Source: Schmidtea polychroa
Lineage: Eukaryota
Direction of reading: 5' to 3'
Assembly (NCBI GenBank): GCA_044892525.1
Contig: CM097885.1
Coordinates: 44,766,001 to 44,830,000, forward strand
Length of the DNA stretch: 64,000 nt
Made by a program: the position numbers and the translations under genes. Shown piece by piece: positions 28,133-39,428 of the stretch (positions are counted from its first letter, which is position 1; every line of letters begins with the position of its first letter). The notes under the pieces were generated by a model. The model worked only from the letters and a program-made list of their open reading frames with translations, was not told the origin of the DNA and ran no database searches.

Positions 28133-29334
28133 TAGGGTTGTTAAACGAAAATCGGAAATCCGTTGGGCATGAAGGACGATTATTGGCAACTGATGACTGA
28201 ATTGCTCCCTGTTTTAAAAGCGTTGCAGATCGTGACGTCCGTCATGTCAGCCGAAAGCCAGCCATCAGCCTCTTGTGTTTTTTCCATGTTATGGGGACTC
28301 GTGAAAAATCATTTAACCATTAAAGAAGAAGATTCTGACATTATGGGTGAATTTAAGAGAGATCTTGCTAAGAATATTTCACGTCGTTTTGGATTAGAAA
28401 ATAATGAAACAGCAAAAAACGAATGCGTTGTTGCATCAATTCTCGATCCGATGTATAAGCATCTTCCTGGATTTTCGGACGATTTCAAAAAGCTGGCGTA
28501 TGAAAATGTCCGTCATCTCATCAGACAGCTGCCAGATTGCCCCGAACAGCCGAAGACGAGTCGGGATGAAGATAACATGATCCCACCAACTAAAAGATCA
28601 CGACCAAATCATGATGCAGTTATGTTTCTCCTTGGTGATAGTGCAGCACAATAGGCGCCAGAGGAATCCGACTTTGAATATTACGTCAAATCATCATGGT
28701 CGACAAACTCATGTGAAACAGCCCTGGAGTGGTGGAAACATAATATGAAACTTTTCCCCAAAACAGCTATTCTTGCCCGGAAGTTCTTATGCAATCCTGC
28801 AACCTCAGTGCAATCGGAACGATTATTTTCGGCCATTGGACGTCTGATAACCAAGCTTCGTAACCGGCTCCTTCCAGATCATGCAGAATCTTTGGTCTTT
28901 TTGAATATGAACCAGGACTTGTCTGATATTTAAAAATAAAATCGAATTTAGTACTTACTTTTAAATGTTTACACTTTGGAATCTTTGTTTTTGATATCTA
29001 TGGTTTCGATATGTTTATGTTTAATTTTAAAATAAGGCCGCCGCAGCACCGGAAAGTTTTATTTTGATTTATACTTTAGTATATACAGGGAAAATTACCG
29101 AAGAAATTGAAAACAAATTTACTTATATGCTTTAACTTTTTACATAAACAGTCAGTTCATATTCTCCTTGTGTGTGGTATAAACTTTGAATAAAACTAAT
29201 TATACTATACACGTGCGTGAATAGTAATAATGTAAGTAGCTTTGGTTATGCAAAGTGCAAACGATAATCGGTTTAAAATCGGATTTATACAAACGATAAT
29301 CGGATTGCTCGAAAAACCGATATTAACAACCCTA
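28133..29334 (+). mobile_element. Internally deleted hAT (Ac/ZBED1-like) element
   Basis: 12-bp TIR TAGGGTTGTTAA / TTAACAACCCTA and perfect 8-bp TSD TTCGGAAC. Retains the C-terminal transposase (ASILDPMYK; LEWWK...FPKTAILARKFLCNPATSVQSERLFS dimerisation domain) with one stop. Confidence 0.93.
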
Positions 29335-29594
29335 TTCGGAACATTTAATTTTTGCACACAGGTAAGTTTGTGTGTTGCTATAATATAATTTTATTGATTT
29401 TTTTTAGATTATAGAAACTTTTATATTCTGCATTTAGGTGTAGCTAGGAATTAAACTCGTTGTTACTGCCATATATATCAAATCAAATCAAGGAATTCTA
29501 TTTCTAATTCATTTTTGATTTTAAACAAATGAAACATTTTTGAAAATTTATTTGAAATTTCAAATTCTAACTTTAAATTACAAAAATATTGTAG

Positions 29595-29772
29595 GCTGGT
29601 AAATATTGGACTTATCCATCAATATTTTTCAACATGTATTACTGGTCATTGAATTTTGGGAGTCTTGTTTCATTTGCAGTTGTTACTTTTATTCAACAAA
29701 ATGTGTCAAAGTTTTATGGATTTGTAGCTCCTGGTGTTTGTTTAATCATTTCTTTCAGTTTATTTTTATTAG
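29595..29772 (+). CDS. SLC15A4: SLC15A4-like transporter, exon 2
   Basis: tag|...G|gtaag, phase 0-1. AGKYWTYPSIFFNMYYWSLNFGSLVSFAVVTFIQQNVSKFYGFVAPGVCLIISFSLFLL contains the PTR2 FYxxINxGSL-type signature. Confidence 0.92.
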
Positions 29773-30034
29773 GTAAGATTCCATTATTAATGTTTTTTTA
29801 TTAAGGAGTGACATTTTAAAAATTGATTCTATTTCTAAAAATAAACAAAAATTTATATTAATGCATTTTAAAGGAATTATTTTATAAAATAAAGAAAAAA
29901 GAATCTAAAATAAGGCTAATTTTTTGAAATCAGCAGCAAATTACTGATTTTATAAAATGTTTTAAAAAGTGCATCATTAATTTAAACATTATAAATGTAC
30001 TATAATTAATTTAATTTTTTGTCTTAAATTTGTG

Positions 30035-30951
30035 TTGAATCCGGACCACTTTATCCCGGTGACAATTAATTTCAATCCTTTGAAATATTTATTTGTTCAT
30101 TCTTTTTATTAATTATTATTGCATGAAAACCATTTTATTTTAAATTATGTAAAAGATTCTTTGAAATAATATAATTTTCATGCAATGTATTCTTTATTTG
30201 TTATTTATTATTAGCACTTGTGCACTGAAAAAATTTACATCCTTTTAGATTGATTTTGAGTCTAATAGACGTCAATTTTTAAATACATATTTAACAAGAA
30301 TTTATTTAAGCAAATATATACAGAATGCTCCCTACAAACACCATTTTTTTGCATTTATAAGATTGAGTTTTAGAATTTCTAAATTTTTTGATTATGGTCC
30401 AAAATATTATACAGAACTCAGAACAGTTTATTAGAAAGCAACATTCACTGAATAAGTTTACTATAAATAACTTAACATCTCCAATAAATATTATTAATAT
30501 TAACCGTTTGCGGACGGAATTAATTTTAATAAGTAGTATATATTTTAGCATAATTTTTTAGTATACGAATGCCCGATATCGTGGTATGATTTTTTTAAAG
30601 TTTGGCCAGAACATCTGGAACAAAATTTATGGCCAGCAGTGCGGGCCTACCGTCCGCAAACGGTTAGGGTATTAATAAAATTTATTTATTAATGTCATAT
30701 GTAATAATCATTCGATTTGCATGTTCACGATGATTTCAATATTCGAAACATCTGTAAAGCAGTCTTCTTTTTTTACTGGTTTCTCCAAACACCAAACCCA
30801 TATTTCTAATCGCACGAATTTTCATAACTTTTCACTACTATTATATGTATCATAATTTACTGTCTTGTTATTAAATATCTTCGGGGTTAATTGTCCACAT
30901 GATTAAGTGTTTTCAGGATTAACTGTCTCTGGATTAAATGTACGCATACCG
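30035..30951. mobile_element. Possible degenerate TIR element with GACAATTAA-type subterminal repeats
   Basis: Left ccggaccactttatcccggtgacaattaat loosely mirrors right cggggttaattgtcc...ggattaactgtctctggattaaatgtacgcataccg. No TSD verified. Confidence 0.35.
30504..30663. mobile_element. piggyBac-type MITE, 160 bp
   Basis: TTAA|CCGTTTGCGGACGG ... CCGTCCGCAAACGG|TTAG: 14-bp perfect TIR, with one TSD copy carrying a mismatch. Confidence 0.85.
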
Positions 30952-32249
30952 ATTTTATTTATAATTTTTTTGTTGTAGTTATTCATATTAAACAAATCAA
31001 AGAGCACTGATATTTTTAGAACAGGGTTGGTTAAACCTTTAAAGATATGGGTTAATTAAAATTTCTGTGAGGTACATGCAGGCAAATTTTTCCCACTTTT
31101 GTTGAATTTCATTATTACAACCAATAACAATAATTGCAATATTATATTTTTATAATATTTTATAAGTGATTTGGAACTGCTTATTTATTATTTAACCGAT
31201 ATGTCGATTTAGATTTTACAGAATTGAAAAATTAGCTTGTGGCAATAGCACTTGTACTGTACTTTGCATTTTAAGGAAATTGGCTATTGTAAAATGTAGT
31301 TATAAAAAAGGCAATTTATTTTAACCGGAAGTTAATGTATTTTCTTTCAACTCAAAACAATTAATAATATTAAAAATTCATTTAAGGTGGTGAATTTTAA
31401 ATGATCCAGACTATAATTGAATGTATTTTAGTGCTCGTCAAGTGCTAGTCACATGTGGTCGCTTTTATTTGTTAATATTAAAAATCAATAAATAACTTTA
31501 ATTCGATTAAAATAATTTTGGACAAAGTATAAAATTCATTTAAAATATGTATTAATTTACATTAATGGCATACATTTTCGTTTGAACATATAGTGTTTAT
31601 TGAGTTTAAATTGATAATAATAATAGTTATTGTATGCAATATATTTCATCAATGTATTATCTAGTGTTAAAATATGGTTTCGTTAATTTTTTCAAATAAT
31701 TTTTCATTAATAAAAATTTTTTGATCAATTTTTTAATTATATTTCTTATCCATAACAAAATAAAAGGCACAATTTGCGGATAGAATTGAACAATGGTGGT
31801 TCTATAATTTAGTTTTTTAATAGTTTTAATAATTTTATTATTATTATTATTTTATTATTAATTTTTATTATTATAAATGACATTATTTTATCCAGATTTT
31901 TAATACTTATAAAATGATAAATTTACTCTTAGATTTGTTTTATTGTAATGATAATTTTTTTAAAAATTAAATTATTTAATGTAATAATTTGTTCATTTAA
32001 ATTTTTGTTAACAGTTACGGAATATAAGTTATGAAATATTTAAATTTTTAAGAAGTACTTGAATGCATGGAGTAGGTTAAAACCATTTTAGATCGCAATA
32101 TAACCGTCTTATGACAATACTTAAATGTACAATTTTTTCGATCAAATTATCAATTCGTGTGTTTTTACTAGTTTTATAATTTGTGCGTATTTCATTAATA
32201 TTTATTAAATTAAATATTTTTTTTCTATGTTTTACGTTGTTACATTATT

Positions 32250-32376
<127 letters not shown>

Positions 32377-32499
32377 GGTAGTTAGTAGCTTACTGCAGCA
32401 ATGACCCCCCTTTGTTCTGCTGCAACTTTTGATTACGCAATTGCTGCAACTCACATTTTTTGCTTTCAGGGATTTTTGGTCCAAATTTTTTTTTATCAG

Positions 32500-33350
32500 A
32501 CTATAGTGAGGGGGTCTCGATGGACCTGGGATTTTCAATACAAATAAAATTTTTCTATACAAAAATCCGACTATCAATAAAAAAGTCAAGGATTATTCAC
32601 ACTATAGTGAGGGTGTCTCGATGGACCTTGGATTTTCAATACAAATAAAATTTTTTCTATACAAAAATCCGACTACCACTAAAAAAGCCAAGGATTATTC
32701 ACACTATAGTGAGGGGGTCTCGATGGTCCTGGGATTTTCAATACAAAAAAATTTTTTTCAATACAAAAACGATGGTCCTGGGATTTTCAATACAAAAAAA
32801 TATTTTCAATACAAAAAGCTGGTCTACACTAAAAAAGCATGGTAATTTAAGGTCTCAGGATATTTTCAATACAAAAAGCTGGTCTACACTAAAAAAGCAT
32901 GGTAATTTAAGGTCTCAGGATATTTTCAATACAAAAAGCTGGTCTACACTAAAAAAGCATGGTAATTTAATGGTAATTTATTCACACTATAGTGAGGGGG
33001 TCTCGATGGTCCTGGGATTTTCAATACAAAAAAATTTTTTTCAATACAAAAACGATGGTCCTGGGATTTTCAATACAAAAAAAAATTTTCAATACAAAAA
33101 GCTGGTCTACACTAAAAAAGCATGGTAATTAAAGGTCTCAGGATATTTTCAATACAAAAAGCTGGTCTACACTAAAAAAGCATGGTAATTTAAGGTCTCA
33201 GGATATTTTCAATACAAAAAGCTGGTCTACACTAAAAAAGCATGGTAATTTAAGGTCTCAGGATATTTTCAATACAAAAAGCTAGTCTACACTAAAAAAG
33301 CCAAGGATTTTTCAGACTATAGTGAGGTGAGTCTCCTTGGTCCTGAGAAA
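32500..33350 (+). repeat. Subterminal 60-100 bp repeat array of fold-back arm (mirror ~44700-45135)
   Basis: Recurrent CACTATAGTGAGGGGGTCTCGATGG...GGATTTTCAATACAAA and a 60-bp unit caatacaaaaagctggtctacactaaaaaagcatggtaatttaaggtctcaggatatttt. Confidence 0.92.
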
Positions 33351-33949
33351 TAGGTGGTCTACACTAAAAACGTGGTAAATTTTTCAATTAAAGTAAATAA
33401 TGGTCCAAATTTTAAAATTAAAGTAAATTATGGTTCTAAAAATTAAATTATAGTAAATAATAGTCCTAAAAAATTAAATTACAGTAAATTATGGTCCAAA
33501 TTTTTGAATTAAAGTAAATTATGGTTCTAAAAATTAAATTAAAAGTAAATTATGGTTCTAAAAATTAAATTAAAGTTAATTAAGGTCCAAATTTTAAATT
33601 AAGTAATCAATGGTAAAAAATTTTAAATAAGTAAATTAAAGTAAATTAAAGTAAGATTTTTAAATTTATTAACAAAAGTTGAAGGTGTTTGAGAATTGAA
33701 ATTTTTTAATGAAAATTTTTATGAAATAATTTTTTAAGTTAATTTTTAATGAAAATTTTTATGAAATAATTTTTAAGTTAATTTTTAATGGAAATTTTTA
33801 TGAAATATTTTTCAATGGTAATTTTTTATGGAAATTTTTATGAAATATTTTTCAATGATAATTTTAGATGGAAATTTTTAAGATAATTTTTAATGAAAAT
33901 TTTTATGAAATATTTTTCAAAGACAAATTTTAATAATAATTCAACAACA

Positions 33950-35165
33950 AACCAACAACTTAGTACCAACAACCAGTAACTTACGAACATTTATTAACAA
34001 CCAGATACCTACAACTAGTTACTAACAACTAGTTACATGATACTAAGTAAATACAACCACCTACCCATTAACTAGCTACCAAGTACTAACAACCAGTTAC
34101 CAACTACTAAGTACCTACAACCACATAGTTACCAGATACCTACAACTAGATACTAACAACTAGAGACCAAGTACCTACAACCACCTACCCATTAACTAGC
34201 TACCAAGTACTAACAACCAGGTCTCAAACAACTAAATACTAACAACCAGTTACCAACTACTAAGTACCTACAACCACCTAGTTACCAGATACCTACAACT
34301 AGATACTAAAAACTAGATACCAAGTACCTACAACCACCTACCCATTAACTAGCTACCAAGTACTAACAACCAGGTCTCAAACAACTAAATACTAACAACC
34401 AGTTACCAACTACTAAGTAGCTACAACCAACTAGTTACCTGATACCAAGTACTTACAACTAAATACTAACAACCAGTTACCTGATACCTAGTACTTACAA
34501 CCAACAACAACCAAGTACTAAGCATTATCAACCAACTAAATACTAAATACTAACAACCAACCAACTAGGTACTAGATAGCAAGTACTTACAACCAACATC
34601 AACCAGATACCTACAACTAGATACTAACAACCAGTTACCTGCTACCAAGTACTTACAACTAAATACCACGTACTAACTAACTCTCAACCCCCACCTACCC
34701 ATTAACTAGCTACCAAGTACTAACAACCGACAATAACCAGGTACTAAGCATCATCAACCAACTACTAAGTACCTACAACCAACTAGCTACCACCTACCAA
34801 GTACTAACAACCAGTTACCTGATACCAAGTACTAACAACCCACAACAATTAGCTAACAACTAACTACCACCTACCAAGTACCTACAACTAGATACTAACA
34901 ACCAGTTACCCATTAACTAGCTACAACCAGCACTCAACTAGCTACCAACTACTAAGTACCTACAACCAACTAGCTACCACCTACCAAGTACTAACAACCA
35001 GTTACCAACTACTAAGCATTAATTACCTACAACTAGTTACTAACAACTAGATACCAAGTACATACAACCAGACACTAAGCATTATCAACCAAGTACTAAC
35101 AACCAAGTAACTTACCTAGTACTAAGCACTGTCAACTAGATACCAAACACTTACAACCAGATGAC
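33950..35165 (+). repeat. A/C-rich shuffled minisatellite of fold-back arm (mirror ~42785-43875)
   Basis: Built from permuted words such as accaagtactaacaacc, agttacc, cctacaactag and cctacccattaactagct. Confidence 0.9.
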
Positions 35166-35474
35166 CACATGAAATTATTGGTTAAATATGAAAATAAGGA
35201 TTATATTTAGTTGTTAAGTAAATTATGGTGTAAAATTAAGAAATAAAGAATAATTAGGTAAATTAAGGATAAGTAAATTAAAGTTAAAAATTTTAAATTA
35301 AAGAAAACAATGGTTCAAAATTTAAAATTAAGTATCCAATGGTTCAAATTTTAAATTAAAGCTAAATAAGTAAATTAAAGTAAGATTTTTAAATTTATTA
35401 TCAAAAGATTGAATAACCACCAACTTTTTTGAGAAATGTAATTTATAATGAAAATGTAAATGGAAATTTTAATG

Positions 35475-35518
<44 letters not shown>

Positions 35519-36904
35519 TTAATAATAAAAATAATAATTCAACAATCAGATTCCAACAACGATCATGTATTTTTAACTAGGTGCTAACAAATAAATAAAT
35601 ACTTACAACATGATACCACATACTAACTAAATCTCAATCAACCAAGTAAAAACAACCAAGTACTAACAACCAACTAAATCTTCTTCATTGTATTTTATGA
35701 AATGCTTTTTAAATTATTTTTTTATATGTCTTCAAAAATATGTTTAATTACAATCAATAGAAAACCTTTTCAAAATGTCTAAATTTAACAAAAATGTTGA
35801 TTTTCATCAAAAAATGAATAATTGTCAACTCTAACACCACGTGGAATTCAAAATAATTTAAATTACAATGAAAGACTAATGAATTCTAATTTACAAAACA
35901 TTCTTCTTTTAAATGATAACTACTGACTTATTATTGCAAAGTAAAAATCACATTCAATAAATACTTATTATTGATCGGTTTTATTATATATACTCTGAGT
36001 TTATCCGACAGGATGTTTTGACCCCCCTAAGGGTACAGGTCGTAAGGGTACTGGTCGTAAGGGTACTGGTCGTAAGGGTATTGGTAACACTCAACCACAA
36101 CCTACCCATTAACTAGCTACTAAGTACTATCAACCAACAACAACCAGGTACTAAGCATTATCAACCTACAACTATATAACAACAATCAGTTAACAACACT
36201 GTACCAACTACCAATACAAGATACCAACAACTTAGTACCAACAATCAACTAACAACACATAAAAATAATAGCAATTAAATACAAAATATTCTTCATCGCA
36301 TACACTATTTTCTTATCAAAATCTAAAAAGTCAACCAACTACTTACAACCAACAACTATGTAGTAACAAATTAATCTTTAAAAGAAAATACTCATCACTT
36401 GGCAAATTGGATGAAAAATTAATTGAACTCAAGGCATCAATAACTTGGTAAAAATTGATTAAATAATTGTAAAAATTTAAATTATTCGAAATAAATATCA
36501 TAAAAATTAAATTAATGGACAAAAAAAATTCTAGTCATTAATCATCCAGTAAATAAAAAAAAATATTGATCATTCAAGTTAATATGAATCAACTAAGATA
36601 ATAAATTAATAAAAATTTTGAAATAAGATCTAGTAGATAATTGATTTAGATTGAATAAATTAATTGAAATAAAATTAATTTTAATTATTTTTTTTGTAAA
36701 AGTAATACATGTACTCAAATTGATTGACTGATTTCTCAATATATTCAAAAAATCAGTATAAATTCATTACAATTATCAAAGTCAGCAATCTACAATAAAA
36801 ATAATTATCATTAAATTCCAAAAGAGACTAGATAACTAATGATAACATCTAACAAACCAGTAAATTCATTTAAATGACAATAATTGGTATATCCAAGTGA
36901 ATTC

Positions 36905-37445
36905 TCTAATAAAATCATCTAAAAAGCATCATTTCCCCCTAAATATATCAATATTTAAAGATTGGTATTTTAATGATAAATACTTGTTAAAGATCATATA
37001 TTCTCCTCAAACTAATAAGATTTCTTAAAATCCCTTAAATGACTATATTTCAACCCTTATTCCATATTATTACAAATAATTCAATAAAATCATCTAAAAA
37101 GCATCAAATTTCCCTGAAATAACTATCCTTAAAGATTAGTATTTTATCGATAATTACACTTAAAAGAATATATATTTCCCTCAGACTAACAAGATTCCTT
37201 AAAATCCCTTAAATGATTATATTTCTACCCTTAATTCATATTATTACAAATAAGTCATTAAAATCATCTAAAAAGCATCATTTCCTCTAAATATATCAAT
37301 ATTTAAAGATTGATATTTTAATGATAAGTACCCGTAAAGGATCATATATTCCCCTCAGACTAATAAGATTGCTTAAAATCCCCTTTAAATGACTATAATT
37401 CTAACTTTAATTCGTATTATCACGAATATTTCCCTATAAAACATG
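36905..37445 (+). repeat. Three diverged ~175-bp tandem units in fold-back arm
   Basis: aaaatcatctaaaaagcatca recurs at ~36911, ~37087 and ~37260. Mirror copy at ~40490-41020. Confidence 0.85.
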
Positions 37446-38500
37446 TAAAATCATTAACCCTAAATAATTTATAAAATCTAATGATAAAACTGGTTATAAT
37501 TAATTTTTTGTTAATCACTGTACTCGATATTTTAAATAAATATTACTACAATATAACTGACTAGGTCCCATTGAAAGATTTATCCATTCAATAAAATATA
37601 TTTCTTCAAATGATCATTTTTACCAATATTCAACCGATTTAATTACTAATTAAAATCAAGATTTCTTCCAATAAAGATCAATTTTCTTTAGTCGATGTTT
37701 TAAGTCCATATTTATCAACTTTTGTCATTCTCCCTCTTAAATAAAGATAAAAATAATTTAAAGTTGATATCAATCCCATTTATCTGTAAAGTTTTCATCG
37801 TCAAAACCAAGTAAATCGATCATTATCCTTACTTAATAGAATATTGTTCTAAAACATAAATCTAAATTAATATACAATGAATTAATCACAACCTAATAAA
37901 ACGATATAATTATTAGTGATTCATAACTGACTAATGTAGTGCAATTTCCCTTAAAACATTGATATTTTACCAACATTACCCATGTAAATATTCAAAAGAT
38001 TCCCATCGAAACCCATCCCTCATTAAATTTAACCGACTACATACCCTCAAAAGATCATATTTTCCCATCTTAACCCATCCCTCATTAAATTTAACCGACT
38101 AAATACCCTCAAAAGATCATATTTTCCCATCTTAACACATCCCTCATTAAATTTAACCGACAATATCCCATCTTATCCGATCTCTCAGCAAATATTTTTA
38201 CCCTTTTAAACATCTATCCGATTATATCCCTTATTTTCCCTAAAGATTTCATCCACTTGAGCCCTTTAATATATATCAATCCTCTTAAAATCCTCAGAGA
38301 ATTTCAAAAATATGACTTTTAATTAATTGTTATAGAACCAGACAAATAATAAGAGCCCATTAAAAGATCAAAATTCACTAAATTTTCTACAAATATTTAC
38401 CATCAAATACTGGAGATGATAGTATATTGTTTGATCATAATTCTTCAGCTATTCAACCAATCATTTTAAAGCAATAACAGCAAACTAAATTTCTGTATAT

Positions 38501-39428
38501 CCTACAATAATTATCACGTAAATTTAAAGTCCTTGATAAAGTTAACTGGTTTCTTAGCTTATGTTTTTTAAAGTGCATCAATGTGTAAATATTCTTAGAA
38601 AATTATTCTTAGAAAATTATTGAAAAATTATTTAGTCAAATACATTACAAAGTTATCATCAAAAATCACTTAATTATTAACCTAATTGTCAATGAAATTA
38701 ATTTTTATTTAAAAACTATTCAATAAAATACAACTAATTATCAAGAAATTAATTAAATTTATCAATTAAATTTATCAGTCAACATGAAAGTTTTAGAAAA
38801 TTGTTCAATATCCTCATAAAAATTTATCATATCACTTGATTATTGTAAAAACTCTAATTATTAACCTCATTGAAAATAATTTTTATTTAAAATTAAAAAA
38901 AAACAAGTCAATAAAAATACATCCAATAATCAAGAAATTAATTAAATTTATCTTAGAATTAGCATTAAATTATTAAATATTCATTCAATAAACATCAAAT
39001 TTGCAAAAATGTTAGAAATCCACAAAAATAATAGAAATTTACAAAAATCAAAGAAATTCACAAAAATGATAGAAATCCACAAAAATAATAGAAATTTACA
39101 AAAATGATAAAAATTCATTAAAATGATAGATATCCACAAAAATTACTGATATTCACAAAAAATTATGGAAATTCACAAGAATAATAGAAATTCACAAAAA
39201 ATGATGGAAATCCACAAAAAACGATAAAAAGTTACAAAAAATGATAAAAATTCATTAAAATGATAGATATCCACAAAAATTACTGATATTCACAAAAAAT
39301 GATGGAAATCCACAAAAAACGATAAAAATTTACAAAAAATGATAGAAATTCATAAAAATGATAGAAATTTACTTGAATAAAACCATCAACTCTAAAAATT
39401 ATCAATGCCTTAAACAACAACAAAAAAA
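38501..39428. other. Non-palindromic 928-bp spacer of the fold-back element, with ~21-bp tandem repeat at ~39005-39375
   Basis: Symmetry breaks after ...ttctgtatat (38500) and resumes at atatacagaa (39429). Repeat unit like aaaatgatagaaatccacaa. Confidence 0.9.

Noticed and set aside
32780..33310. 60-bp repeats or A/C-rich arrays as a CRISPR array
   Set aside because: Head-to-tail tandem units without unique spacers, eukaryotic context, and no cas genes.
32500..33330. CTATAGTGAG resembles the reverse complement of the T7 promoter, and GGTCTC is a BsaI site (vector contamination?)
   Set aside because: Only ~10 nt match, without TCGTATTA. The motifs are embedded in native diverged repeats mirrored in both arms.
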